Assembly (NCBI GenBank): GCA_044223005.1
Contig: JBGAML010000001.1
Location: forward strand, 464,443-528,442
Origin: Candidatus Eiseniibacteriota bacterium
GTDB lineage: Bacteria > Eisenbacteria > RBG-16-71-46
Length of the DNA stretch: 64,000 nucleotides
Direction: 5' to 3'
The first letter of the stretch is position 1; the number at the start of each line of letters is the position of its first letter. Positions 44,295 through 54,118 of this stretch are shown in pieces. The translations under genes were made by a program, and so were the position numbers. The notes beneath the pieces are model-generated. The model saw nothing but the letters and a program-made list of their open reading frames with translations. It was not told where the DNA came from and ran no database searches.

Positions 44295-45554
44295 TCAGCG
44301 CCTCGCGGGTCCCGCCGGCATCATGAGCGCGCGCTTCGTGCGCAGCAGGCGCGGTGCCGCGGCGGCGAGCCAGAGCGCCCAGGCGAGCGCCCAGAGCGCG
44401 GCGGCGGTCGCGAGCCCGTGCGCCATGCGCGGATCGGCCTCGCCGGAGACGAGCCGCACGAGCCCCGCGAGCGCGAGCGAGACGAGCGTCGCGACGCCGA
44501 GCACGCGCGGCTCGTCCTCGAACGGGTGGCCGCCGTGCGAGACCACGACGCGCGTGCCGATCGAGATCGTGAGCAGCCCGAAGCCGCCCACGAACACCAG
44601 GTGCCACGCGGCGATCTCGTGCGTGGGCAGCGCGGCGGCGCCGGCGAGCCCGAGCAGCAGGCAGGCGCCGGCGGCCCAGAGCGTCCACGAGAGCCGGTGG
44701 TTCCGCGACGGGAAGCGCCACAGCTTCCACGCGAGCAGCGTACTGGCGGCGCCCGCGACGAGCCGCATGACGCCGGCGAGCCCGGGGTGGCCGATCGCCT
44801 CCGCGGCCATCGCGCCCACGATCAGCAGCGCGAGCCCCGCGACGAACTCGCGCCGCGGCCGGCGCTGCCCGGCGCGTGCGACGCCCACGATGTGCAGTGG
44901 ATCGCGCACCATCGCGAACGTGGGCACCAGCAGCCCGCCCAGGCCGAGCACGAGCGCGAGCATCATGCCGCGCGAGACGAGCCGCAGCCCGAAGCGCACC
45001 GAGGGCTCGACGATCATGCCGGCCGCGGCCATCGCCTGCACCACGCCCCCGGCGACGCCGAGCAGCAGGCCCACGCCGACGAGCGCGAACTCCTCGGGCG
45101 GCGCGGCGCCCCCGGGCCGCACGCGCCGCGCGATCGCGATCGCGGTGAACGCGAGGGTCGCGGCGAACAGCGCGTGCGCGATGCCCTCGAGCCCGGCCAC
45201 GCGCAGCAGCGCGAAGAGCGCGACGCCGGCCGCGACCGCGGCGAGCTCCCACGGGCGGCACTTCGCGCCGTGCGTGAACGCGGGCATCGCGGTGAGCAGG
45301 AACCCGGTGACGAACGCGAGCTCGAAGCCTTCCATCATGAGCGAGCCGTGCAGCAGCGCGGGCCATGCGGCGAGGCCCATCGCCTGCGCGAGCCACGGCA
45401 GCGCGCCGCCGATCGCACACGCGGCGCCGAGCGGGAACAGCACGCGGTAGGGCTCGAGCGCGGGTGTCTCGGCGGGCGGCAGCGGGCGAACGGACTGCAG
45501 CGTGGGCGCGTCGATCGGCGCGATGCGGATCGGCCCTCCGGGAGGGAGGCTCAT
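44295..45554 (-). CDS. nnrS: NnrS family membrane protein
   Basis: EPYRVLFP, H..MMEGF..GFLLTAMP, H..FVGGFG..RVVVSH. Confidence 0.8.
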   Translation of the reverse strand: MSLPPGGPIRIAPIDAPTLQSVRPLPPAETPALEPYRVLFPLGAACAIGGALPWLAQAMGLAAWPALLHGSLMMEGFELAFVTGFLLTAMPAFTHGAKCRPWELAAVAAGVALFALLRVAGLEGIAHALFAATLAFTAIAIARRVRPGGAAPPEEFALVGVGLLLGVAGGVVQAMAAAGMIVEPSVRFGLRLVSRGMMLALVLGLGGLLVPTFAMVRDPLHIVGVARAGQRRPRREFVAGLALLIVGAMAAEAIGHPGLAGVMRLVAGAASTLLAWKLWRFPSRNHRLSWTLWAAGACLLLGLAGAAALPTHEIAAWHLVFVGGFGLLTISIGTRVVVSHGGHPFEDEPRVLGVATLVSLALAGLVRLVSGEADPRMAHGLATAAALWALAWALWLAAAAPRLLRTKRALMMPAGPARR

Positions 45555-45690
45555 GCGGGGCTCCTGCGCGGGAGGAACGTCGTGCGGCGGACGTCCGCGA
45601 AGCTACGCCCGCCGGCCGGCCGGCGCACGCGAAGCGGCCGCGCCCGGAGGCGCGGCCGCGGAAGGAAGTGATGTCGCGTTGTGGTTCGCG

Positions 45691-46509
45691 TTACGAACGA
45701 ACGTCCGGCAGCAGCAGGTCGATGCGGCCCACCACGGCCGCGCGCAGCGCGTCGGCGGAATCCAGCCCGATCGCGCGCAGGCTCTCGGGAATGGCGCCGC
45801 CGGCGAGTGCCGTGCCGCGCACGGGCTCGAGCCGGCCGTCGTGGCGCACGACGTAGATCGCGCGCGTGTCGACCGGCTGTGGGTTCTCGCGCGTGACGAT
45901 CGCGAGCATGCCGCAGGGCAGGCCCACGCGCGACGCGCGCTCGTCGTCGATCGGGAAAGCGAACGGACGGCGCAGCCGGGCGTAGCGCTCGCGCGCGAGC
46001 TCGGCGTCGTGACCGTACGCCTGCGGATCGAGGCTCAGCGTGTTGATCACCATCTCGGGAACGGGCCGCACGCCGTCACCGGGATCGCTCGGCGTGGCCA
46101 GCATCGGCACGCGCAGGCGGCCCGCGTCGCGCGCCGGACCGGCCGCGGGCTCGGGCGAGGACGTCATCCCGCCGAACGGATTGCGGAGCTGCTCCCACGC
46201 GCGGAGCATCGCCTCGTGGTCGATGCGACCGGTGCGGCCGCGGCTCTTGGCGCGGGCCCACGCGCGGTAGGTGGCTTCGAAGGCCGCGTCGTCGAGGGCG
46301 CGGGCGATGCGCACCGCCACGTCCTCGCTCGGCACCTTGCGGCCGTTCTCGATGTTGAACAGGAAGGAGGGTGCCAGACCTCCGGTAGCCTCACTCAGGC
46401 GCTTCAGCGACCACCCCATGGCCAGCCGACGCTCCCGGACGCGATTCGCGACCGGGTCTTCGACCTGGTGACGGGGGTGGGATTCGAGAACTGCGGTAGA
46501 GGTAGTCAT
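45691..46509 (-). CDS. XRE-family HTH regulator with S24-like C-terminal region
   Basis: RVRERRLAMGWSLKRLSE..FNIENGRKVPS. Confidence 0.78.
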   Translation of the reverse strand: MTTSTAVLESHPRHQVEDPVANRVRERRLAMGWSLKRLSEATGGLAPSFLFNIENGRKVPSEDVAVRIARALDDAAFEATYRAWARAKSRGRTGRIDHEAMLRAWEQLRNPFGGMTSSPEPAAGPARDAGRLRVPMLATPSDPGDGVRPVPEMVINTLSLDPQAYGHDAELARERYARLRRPFAFPIDDERASRVGLPCGMLAIVTRENPQPVDTRAIYVVRHDGRLEPVRGTALAGGAIPESLRAIGLDSADALRAAVVGRIDLLLPDVRS

Positions 46510-46760
46510 GACTTGAAGCTAGGGGATTCTCCGGGGAGGGGCTAGGGGTCCGGAAGGACCACGCCCACACCCCCATTCGCCCACCGGGGGTTGCTCCCGG
46601 CGGGGAGCGTGGCCCCGGCGAGTGAATCCCGCGGCCCCCGGCGAGAGTGCGCGAACCTCCCGCGGGCGAGCGGGTTGCGCGTCGAGAATCCCGACGCACG
46701 CGTGTCGGTTTCGGCGACGCGCGAGGGCCCCGCGCGCCGCCGTGCTAACGTCGCGCGCCC

Positions 46761-47999
46761 ATGGCTCCCGACCCGATTCCCGATCCCGCGCCTCGCCGCA
46801 GACCCTTCGCCGGCATCCATCGCAACGTCGTCGCGCTCGGGTTCACGTCGCTCTTCACCGACGCGTCGACCGAGATGCTGATCCCGATCCTCCCGCTCTT
46901 CATCACGGTGACGCTCGGCGCATCGGCGACGAGCCTGGGGCTGATCGAGGGCGTGGCGGAGAGCGTCGCGTCACTGCTGCGCACGACGTCGGGCTGGATC
47001 TCCGACCGCATGGGCCGCCGCAAGCCGCTCGTGGTCGCGGGCTACTCGCTCTCGGGAATCGCGAAGGCGGCGATCGGGCTCGCGGGCTCGTGGCCCGCGG
47101 TGCTGCTGCTGCGCGGCACGGACCGGCTCGGCAAGGCGCTGCGCACGCCGCCACGCGATGCGCTGCTCGCGGACTCGGCGGCCGCGTCGGATCGCGGCCG
47201 CGCGTTCGGGCTGCACAAGGCGATGGACAACGCGGGCGCCGCGATCGGGCCGCTGCTCGCGTGGCTGCTGCTCGCGCGCTGGCACGCGCTGGGCGCGGAA
47301 GCGTATCGCCGCGTGTTCTTCGCCTCGGCGATTCCCGCGGCGCTCTCGGTGCTCGTGCTGGTGCTGTTCGTGCGCGCGGGCGCGCACGCGCCGGCCCCGA
47401 AGCGTGCGCTCGCCGAGCAGGCGGGCGCGCTGGGACCGGCGTTCCGGCGCTTCTTGGTGGTCGACGCGGTGTTCCAGCTCGGCAACAGCAGCAACGCGTT
47501 CGTGCTGCTGCGCACGCAGGACGCGGGCTGGTCCGCGGCCAGCGTGTCGCTCATCTACGTGGCGTTCAACCTCGTGATGGCGGCGCTCGCGCTGCCGCTC
47601 GGCGGGCTCTCCGACCGCGTGGGCCGCCGGCCGCTGATCGGCATGGGCTACCTGGTCTTCGCGCTCACCTACGGCGTGCTCGCGACGGTCGCGACGCGCG
47701 CGGGCGTGGTGGTCGCGTTCCTGATGCTCGCGGTGCACACGGCGATGGTCGAGGGGCAGGCCAAGGCGATGATCGCGGACCTCGTGCCGAAGGAACTGCG
47801 CGCGACGGCGTACGGCGCGCACGCGACCGTGGTCGGGCTCGCGCTGCTGCCGGCGAGCCTCGCGGCGGGCGCGCTGTGGGATCACGTGGGCAAGGCGGCG
47901 CCGTTCGCGCTGGGCGCGGTCCTCGCGCTGCTCGCGGCGCTCCTGCTCGCCGTGCTGCTGCCCTCGCACCGCGAACACGCGGAACGCCATGCGGGCTGA
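46761..47999 (+). CDS. MFS transporter
   Basis: SDRMGRRK, DRLGKALRTPPRDALLA, SDRVGRR. Confidence 0.92.
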   Translation: MAPDPIPDPAPRRRPFAGIHRNVVALGFTSLFTDASTEMLIPILPLFITVTLGASATSLGLIEGVAESVASLLRTTSGWISDRMGRRKPLVVAGYSLSGIAKAAIGLAGSWPAVLLLRGTDRLGKALRTPPRDALLADSAAASDRGRAFGLHKAMDNAGAAIGPLLAWLLLARWHALGAEAYRRVFFASAIPAALSVLVLVLFVRAGAHAPAPKRALAEQAGALGPAFRRFLVVDAVFQLGNSSNAFVLLRTQDAGWSAASVSLIYVAFNLVMAALALPLGGLSDRVGRRPLIGMGYLVFALTYGVLATVATRAGVVVAFLMLAVHTAMVEGQAKAMIADLVPKELRATAYGAHATVVGLALLPASLAAGALWDHVGKAAPFALGAVLALLAALLLAVLLPSHREHAERHAG

Positions 48000-49026
48000 C
48001 CGCGGCGAGTTCGCGCGCATCCGCGCGATCGTGCGCGCGCTGCCGGCGGGCGAGCGCGTGATCGTGGGTCCGGGCGACGACGCGGCCGTGCTGCGGCCGC
48101 GCGCGGGGCACGACCTCGTGGTGACCACCGACGCGTTCGTCGAGGGCCGGCACTGGCGCCCGGGCGGGCTCGACGCGCGCGGCGTGGGCCGCCGTCTCGC
48201 GGCGGCGAACCTGAGCGACCTCGCGGCGATGGCGGCGACGCCGCGCTGGGCGGTGATCGCGGCGGCGGCGCGGCCCGATGCGCCGCCGCGAGCGCTGCGC
48301 GACGTGGAGCGCGCGTGCGCGGCGGCGCTGGCGAAGGACGGCGCGGCCGTGGTGGGCGGCAACCTCACGGCGACCGACGGGCCGTCGTGGTGGGCCGTGA
48401 CGCTCTTCGGCGAGGTGCGCCGCGGCCGGCACTGGACGCGCTCGGGCGCGAAACCGGGCGACGTGCTCGCGGTGACGGGCGTGCCGGGGCTCGCGGCGGC
48501 GGCGCTGGCCGCGGACGCGAAGCGCCTCGCGGGCATGCCCGCATCGCTCACGCGGCGCTGGGCGTCACCGCCTTCGCGCGTTCCGCTGGCGCTCTCGCTC
48601 GCCGCCACGCGCGGCGTGCACGCGGCGATCGACCTCTCGGACGGGCTCGCGGGCGACCTCGCGCACCTCTCCGAGGCGAGCGGCGTGGGCGCGGTGATCG
48701 ACGCGGAGGCGCTGCCGGGCGATCCGGCGCTGGCCGCGGTGGCGCGGGCGCTCGCGCGCGGCACGAGCGCGGCGGCGGTGGCGCGCGCGGAGGAGGCGCT
48801 GCGCTTCGGGCCGGGCGACGACTACGAGCTGCTGCTGGCGATCACGCCGGGCGCGCTGGGGCGTTGCGGCGTACTGGCGCGACGCGCGGGCGTGCGGCTC
48901 AGCGCGATCGGACGCGTGACGAACGCGCCGGGGCGGCTGCGGCTGCGGCGGCGCGACGGCGAGGGGCCGCTGCCGGGACGCGGCCACGATCACTTCCGCG
49001 GACGCTCTTCGGCTTCGTCGCGGTGA
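47989..49026 (+). CDS. thiL: thiamine-monophosphate kinase
   Basis: GPGDDAA, NLSDLAAM, IDLSDGL, GDDYELL. Confidence 0.93.
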   Translation: MRADRGEFARIRAIVRALPAGERVIVGPGDDAAVLRPRAGHDLVVTTDAFVEGRHWRPGGLDARGVGRRLAAANLSDLAAMAATPRWAVIAAAARPDAPPRALRDVERACAAALAKDGAAVVGGNLTATDGPSWWAVTLFGEVRRGRHWTRSGAKPGDVLAVTGVPGLAAAALAADAKRLAGMPASLTRRWASPPSRVPLALSLAATRGVHAAIDLSDGLAGDLAHLSEASGVGAVIDAEALPGDPALAAVARALARGTSAAAVARAEEALRFGPGDDYELLLAITPGALGRCGVLARRAGVRLSAIGRVTNAPGRLRLRRRDGEGPLPGRGHDHFRGRSSASSR

Positions 49027-49684
49027 CGCCGACGCCACCGCGCGGCGCCTTGGCGGCGGGCTTCGCGGACTTCTTCGCGGCCGCCTTCGCGGGGCGCGCC
49101 GGCGCGGCGACGGGGCGCGCGACCTTGCGGTGCATCGGCGCGATCACGTGGTCGCCGTCGAGCGGCAGCGCGGTGCGGAAGCGCGATTCGAGCGCGAGCA
49201 GGAACTTCTTGCGCGGCACGCCGCCGGCGTAGCCGACGAGCTTGCCGTCGGCGCCGATCACGCGATGGCAGGGCACGACGACGACGATCGGGTTCTGGTT
49301 CGCCGCGAGCCCGACGGCGCGCGCGGCCTTGGGCTCGCCGATCGCCTTGGCGATGTCGCCGTAGCTGCGCGTCTCGGCGTACGGAATGGCGAGCAGCGCG
49401 TGCCACACCTTGAGCTGGAACTCGGAACCGGCGAGATCGAGCGGGACCTTGAGCGAGCGCTCGGCGCCGCAGAAGTACTGCTCGAGCATGTCGGCGAGCG
49501 GCCGCATGACGCGCACCGAGGGCTCCCACGTGGCACCGGGGTTCTCGGCGGCATGCGAGGCGATGGCGCGCTTCAGGCTCTTGCGATCGAGGTACTCGAC
49601 GTAGCGCAGACCCTTCTCCGTCGCGGCCACGAACAGCAGGCCGAGCGGCGAGGGTGCGGACATGACGTGGTAGGCGATGCGCAT
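48899..49684 (-). CDS. ogt: methylated-DNA--protein-cysteine methyltransferase with basic tail
   Basis: SPLG, GSEFQLKVW, ARAVG, VPCHRVIG. Confidence 0.92.
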   Translation of the reverse strand: MRIAYHVMSAPSPLGLLFVAATEKGLRYVEYLDRKSLKRAIASHAAENPGATWEPSVRVMRPLADMLEQYFCGAERSLKVPLDLAGSEFQLKVWHALLAIPYAETRSYGDIAKAIGEPKAARAVGLAANQNPIVVVVPCHRVIGADGKLVGYAGGVPRKKFLLALESRFRTALPLDGDHVIAPMHRKVARPVAAPARPAKAAAKKSAKPAAKAPRGGVGVTATKPKSVRGSDRGRVPAAAPRRRAAAAAAAPARSSRVRSR

Positions 49685-49802
49685 GGGGTCGCAGTCTAGC
49701 GTGAGGCTGCGCGGCGGCCAAGCGAGTCGGACCCGAATCGTCGATTCGGTGCGGGCTCCATGTGGAGCGGACCGACGATCGCGAGCGTTGCACCGCCCCA
49801 CC

Positions 49803-49945
49803 GCGGGTGAGACCGGGGGGCGCGAAGACGGCCCGTTCGGTTCGGCATCCTGCCTCACCTCACTGCATCCAAGCGCGGCTCACGCCATCCCTGGCTTCGC
49901 TCGCGCCTCGGACGCACCGCCTTCGCGCCCCCCGGTCTCGCCCGC
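49803..49945. repeat. 143-bp palindromic REP/MITE-like element
   Basis: 25-bp terminal inverted repeats (49803-49827 / 49921-49945, 24 of 25 match); internal hairpins GGCATCCTGCC and GCCATCCCTGGC. Confidence 0.75.
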
Positions 49946-49993
49946 TGCCCCGCCCCCATCTCCGGTCGGTCGGCCGCTGCTGGCCTGGCGGGC

Positions 49994-50668
49994 TCAGGGC
50001 TTGGGCAGCAGTGCCCCGGCCCGGGAGCGGTAGGCGTTCCAGGCCTCGCCGAAATGCGTGGCGAGGAGTGCTTCCTCGGCGCGGATGCGGGCGAGCTGGG
50101 CGGCGAGCATGAGGGCGACCAGCGGCAGTGCGGCGGCGCTGCCGAAGGCGATGGCGGCGCCGAGGCACGCGAGCAGCGCGCCGAGGTAGCCGGGGTGGCG
50201 GACGCGGGCGTAGGGGCCGCGGGTCTCGAGCGCGTGCTCGCGCTGGATCGCGACGAGCGGCGAGAAGCGCGCGCCGAGGACGAACATGGCCCAGACGCGC
50301 AGGCCGAGCCCGAGCGCGACGAGCGCGACGCCGGCCCACGAGAGCGTGTTCGCCCACGGCAGCGTCCACCACGCGCGGTGCGCGGCGAACGCGCCGACCA
50401 TGGGCGTGAACGTGGGGATCACGAGCAGCGCCACCATGAGCAGCGGGTCGCGACGCGCGTCGGTGACGTCCTGCGCGCGCGCCGGGCGGCCGAGCGTGAG
50501 CGCGATGCCGCCGGCGGCCCAGAGCGCGAGCAGCGCGATCGCGCGCGGGTCGCGGAGCATGGGCGCGACACCGCCGAAGCCGACGGCGAGCAGCGCGGCC
50601 TCGAACACGGTGACGAGCGCGACGCGGGGCAGCGCCGCGGGCAGGCGAGAGAGCAGGGGGGGCGCCAT
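49994..50668 (-). CDS. isoprenylcysteine carboxyl methyltransferase family protein
   Basis: HALETRGPYARVRHPGYLG, RIRAEEALL..FG. Confidence 0.87.
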   Translation of the reverse strand: MAPPLLSRLPAALPRVALVTVFEAALLAVGFGGVAPMLRDPRAIALLALWAAGGIALTLGRPARAQDVTDARRDPLLMVALLVIPTFTPMVGAFAAHRAWWTLPWANTLSWAGVALVALGLGLRVWAMFVLGARFSPLVAIQREHALETRGPYARVRHPGYLGALLACLGAAIAFGSAAALPLVALMLAAQLARIRAEEALLATHFGEAWNAYRSRAGALLPKP

Positions 50669-50826
50669 GCGCCGCACTGTAGCCGCGGGTCCGGCGCAGC
50701 CGCCAGCCGCGGGCCCTCCGGCGGGCGTGCGGCGGCGGCGTGAGTTTGGTCGTGCTTGCCCGCTTGCGCGCCGCGGGGCTAGCGTGGCGGTCCGCCCCGC
50801 GAGCCACACCCTTTTCCGAGGACGAC

Positions 50827-51405
50827 ATGATCGACATCGGCCAGTTCCACCCGCTGATCGTGCACACCCCCGTCGCGCTCCTCATCTTCAGCGCGTTCTT
50901 CGCCGTGGTCGGGCGGCTGTTCGACCGCGAGTGGGTGCGCAAGGCGTCGGTGCTGCTGCTGGTGTTCGGCTTTCTCGGCGCGTTCGCCGCGGTGCGCTCG
51001 GGCACGGTCGCGCACCGCGTGCCCGAGCACGAGCAGGGCGTGCCCGAGCAGGCGATCGACACGCACGGCGAGATGGGCGAGAAGGTGATGTACCTGAGCG
51101 GTGCGGCGCTCGTGGCGGTGATCGCGGCGGCGAAGCTCTCGGGCGCCGCGGGCCAGGCGGCGGGCATCCTCGCGCTGGTGCTGCAGCTGCTCGCCGCGGG
51201 CGCGGTCGGCTACACGGGCTTCCTCGGCGGCAAGCTCGTCTACGAGCACGGCGCCCACGTGCGGATCGCGGGCGTACTCGTGAAGAACCCGGGTGCGGGC
51301 GAGCGCGACGCAGCGCCAACGGACTCGCTGATGCCGCCCACGGGTGGCCCGGGCGAAGGCGAGCGTGGCCGCGATCGCGACCACGACGAGGACGAGAAGA
51401 AGTAG
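50827..51405 (+). CDS. DUF2231-type membrane protein
   Basis: HPLIVHTPVALL..TGFLGGKLVYEHG. Confidence 0.78.
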   Translation: MIDIGQFHPLIVHTPVALLIFSAFFAVVGRLFDREWVRKASVLLLVFGFLGAFAAVRSGTVAHRVPEHEQGVPEQAIDTHGEMGEKVMYLSGAALVAVIAAAKLSGAAGQAAGILALVLQLLAAGAVGYTGFLGGKLVYEHGAHVRIAGVLVKNPGAGERDAAPTDSLMPPTGGPGEGERGRDRDHDEDEKK

Positions 51406-51439
51406 CGGCGGCACTCCGGGGAGCGCCGCCGCGAACGCG

Positions 51440-52798
51440 TCAGCGCTCCTCGAACACCATCTCGCGGCGCGTGAAGTCGAACGTCACGCGGCGATCGTCG
51501 TAGAACCGCGGGCCCAGCACGGCGTCGCGGCGCACGCCCCAGCGCCAGAGTTCGGCGCTGTCCATGGCGCCATTCCAGCCCGGTAGCCGGCCCTGGACGA
51601 CCGAGCCAACCGAGATCGTCGGGACCAGCACCTGCGTCCACGGCCGGCCCTGCAGCATCGTGCCCATGCCACGGACGAGGTTCGCCATCTTGCCGGCCTG
51701 CAGCCCGACCTCGTCGAACGTCTCCTTCGGTGCGCCGAGCCCGGCGTTGGGCAGGCCGCTGCCGACCCAGAACGCCATGCGCCGGCCGCCGGCGATCGAG
51801 CCCCACACCATCATCTCGTTCTCGCCCCAGCGCTCGAGTGGCACATGTGCGCCACCGCTGGGCGCCGGCGCGTCGGGCCGGCGCAGCTCGATCTTCTGCG
51901 CGGCGAGATCGAGCGTCACGAGGAAGCGCTCGAGCACGGGCAGCCCGACGATCGCCTGCACGTCCGGACCCTGCGGGTTCGCGTCGAGGCTGAAGCGGTG
52001 GAGCGGCGTCACCGCCGCGGGCACGTCGGCGAGCGCGTACGCGCCCAGCTCGAGCTTCGGCACCATGGCGTTGCGCGCCGAGACGCGCGTGCCGTTCCAG
52101 CCGACGTTCCGCTCGCCCGGCACGACGGGCAGCTTCATCAGGCGCACGAGCGATGGGTCGAGCAGCAGCTCGGTCGCGCCGGGATCGAGCGCGGCGAGCA
52201 CGACGCGGCCGTTCACCTTGATGCTGAGCAGCGGCACCGGGAACGCGCGCTTGAGCACCAGCGGCACCACGTCGGGGCCCTCGAGCTTCGCGGGCGCGGG
52301 CAGCGACGCGAGCTTCTCGAGCAGTTCGCGCCGGCCCGCCTCGCCCTGCGCCTCGGCGCGTTCGGCGGCGGCGGCCCACTCGTGACGACGCAGCATCGTG
52401 CGGTAGAGATCGCCCGGCGCGCCCTCGGCGTCGCCGGCCAGCGTGAGCAGGCTCTCGGCCTCGGCGAGCCGGCTCTGCAAGAGTGCGATGCGCCCGAGCG
52501 CCGCCATGCCGTCGTGATCGGCGGGCCGGATCGCGAGCGCGCGACGCAGGATGCGTTCGGCGTCGGCCTCGCGGCCCATGCGCAGCAGCGCCTGGCCGAG
52601 CGAGACGAGCCGCGTCGCGTCGCCGGGGTGATCCACGGTGTCGCGCCCGGCGTCGCGCAGGTTCAGCGTCGCGTCGCGCCAGCTCGCATCGGGCGAGCCC
52701 AGCTCGGCGTGCGCCACGCGTGGCGCCAGCGCCGGGACGAGCAGCATCAGCGCCAGCGCGGCGGCCGCCGCGCTCCGGAACGTCCGCGGCGCCCTCAC
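51440..52798 (-). CDS. secreted TPR plus double aspartyl-protease-like domain protein
   Basis: Signal peptide, TPR helices, ALDPGAT..AIVG and WVGSG..AVLG lobes. Confidence 0.7.
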   Translation of the reverse strand: MRAPRTFRSAAAAALALMLLVPALAPRVAHAELGSPDASWRDATLNLRDAGRDTVDHPGDATRLVSLGQALLRMGREADAERILRRALAIRPADHDGMAALGRIALLQSRLAEAESLLTLAGDAEGAPGDLYRTMLRRHEWAAAAERAEAQGEAGRRELLEKLASLPAPAKLEGPDVVPLVLKRAFPVPLLSIKVNGRVVLAALDPGATELLLDPSLVRLMKLPVVPGERNVGWNGTRVSARNAMVPKLELGAYALADVPAAVTPLHRFSLDANPQGPDVQAIVGLPVLERFLVTLDLAAQKIELRRPDAPAPSGGAHVPLERWGENEMMVWGSIAGGRRMAFWVGSGLPNAGLGAPKETFDEVGLQAGKMANLVRGMGTMLQGRPWTQVLVPTISVGSVVQGRLPGWNGAMDSAELWRWGVRRDAVLGPRFYDDRRVTFDFTRREMVFEER

Positions 52799-53982
52799 GA
52801 CTGCAGGTACCCGCGCGCCGTGCGCAGCAGCACCTCGGCGCCGATCCGCAGCGAGTCCTCGTCGACGTCGAAGCGCGGATGGTGGTGGTCGAACGTGAGC
52901 CCGCGGCTCTCGTTGCGCGAGCCGATGGCGATGAACACACCGGGCACGCGCGCGAGGAACGCCGAGAAGTCCTCGCCGCCCATGGTGCGCACGTCGTCGC
53001 GCACGTTCGCCGCGCCGACGACCGCCGTGGCCGCCTCGCGCGCGAAGCGGCACATGGCCGCGTCGTTCACGGTGGGCTGGTTGCCGCGCTCGTAGAGGAC
53101 TTCCGCGCGGGCGCCGTGCGCCTGCGCCACGCCCTGTGCGATGCGTTCGAAGTGACCCGGCAACTGCGCCCAGACGGCCGGGTCGAAGCAGCGGATGGTG
53201 CCGTTCATCCAGGCGGTCTCCGGAATGATGTTGAACGCCGTGCCCGCACGCAGCTGCGTCACGCTCACGACGACGGGATGGAACGGATCGATGTTGCGCG
53301 ACGCGATCGTCTGCAGCGCCGTCACCATGTGTGCGAGGCAGACGACCGGGTCGGTGCTCGCCTGCGGCATGGCGCCGTGCGCGCCCTTGCCGTGCACGGT
53401 GACGGTGAACTCGTCCACCGCCGCCATCCACGGGCCTTCGGTGACGCCCACCGTGCCGACCGGCAGGTCCTGCCACACGTGCAGCCCGAACGCCGCGTCG
53501 GGCTTCGGGTCGTCGAGGATCCCGTCGTGGATCATGGCCTCCGCCCCGCCCTTGGGGCCGCCCAGTTCCTCCGCCGGCTGGAAGACGAGCAGCACCTGCC
53601 CCGGCCACTCCTTCGAGGTGGCGACGAGCCGGCGCGCGACCGCGAGCAGGATGCTCACGTGGCAGTCGTGCCCGCACGCGTGCATGCGGCCGTCGGACTG
53701 CGAGCGGTAGGGCGTCTCGTTCAGCTCCTGGATCGGCAGCGCGTCCATGTCGGCGCGCAGCAGCACCGTGCGGCCGGGCTTCGCGCCGCGGATCAGCGCG
53801 GTCACGCCGGTGCGCCCGACCTGCGTGCGCGGCGTGAGCCCGAGCGAGCGCAGCCGCTCGGCGACGATGCCGGAGGTGCGCACCTCCTCGAACCCGAGCT
53901 CGGGATGCTGGTGCAGGTCGCGCCGGACGGAAACGAGTTCGTCGACGTCGGCGCCCGCGAAACTGGGCGTGAGCACGGTCAT
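52795..53982 (-). CDS. M20D amidohydrolase
   Basis: RRDLHQHPELGFEE, LRADMDALP, MHACGHD, FQPAEE, GGEDF, HHPRF. Confidence 0.93.
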   Translation of the reverse strand: MTVLTPSFAGADVDELVSVRRDLHQHPELGFEEVRTSGIVAERLRSLGLTPRTQVGRTGVTALIRGAKPGRTVLLRADMDALPIQELNETPYRSQSDGRMHACGHDCHVSILLAVARRLVATSKEWPGQVLLVFQPAEELGGPKGGAEAMIHDGILDDPKPDAAFGLHVWQDLPVGTVGVTEGPWMAAVDEFTVTVHGKGAHGAMPQASTDPVVCLAHMVTALQTIASRNIDPFHPVVVSVTQLRAGTAFNIIPETAWMNGTIRCFDPAVWAQLPGHFERIAQGVAQAHGARAEVLYERGNQPTVNDAAMCRFAREAATAVVGAANVRDDVRTMGGEDFSAFLARVPGVFIAIGSRNESRGLTFDHHHPRFDVDEDSLRIGAEVLLRTARGYLQS

Positions 53983-54060
53983 GAAGTGGCCTCGCGAGAG
54001 GGAATCGGGGATGGATGCGAGGCATGATCGGTTGCGGCGCGCGGGGGCGTCAAACGCACT

Positions 54061-54093
54061 GCCGGCCCGGTCGCGCGTGGCGACCGGGCCGGC
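54061..54093 (-). terminator. hairpin downstream of OmpA gene
   Basis: GCCGGCCCGGTCGC-loop-GCGACCGGGCCGGC. Confidence 0.55.
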
Positions 54094-54118
54094 GGGTTCC
54101 TGCGTGGAGCGGGCGCGG

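Noticed and set aside
46546..46560. GGTCCGGAAGGA resembling the SRP RNA loop
   Set aside because: Not preceded by CA or followed by AGCAGC; no SRP helix context
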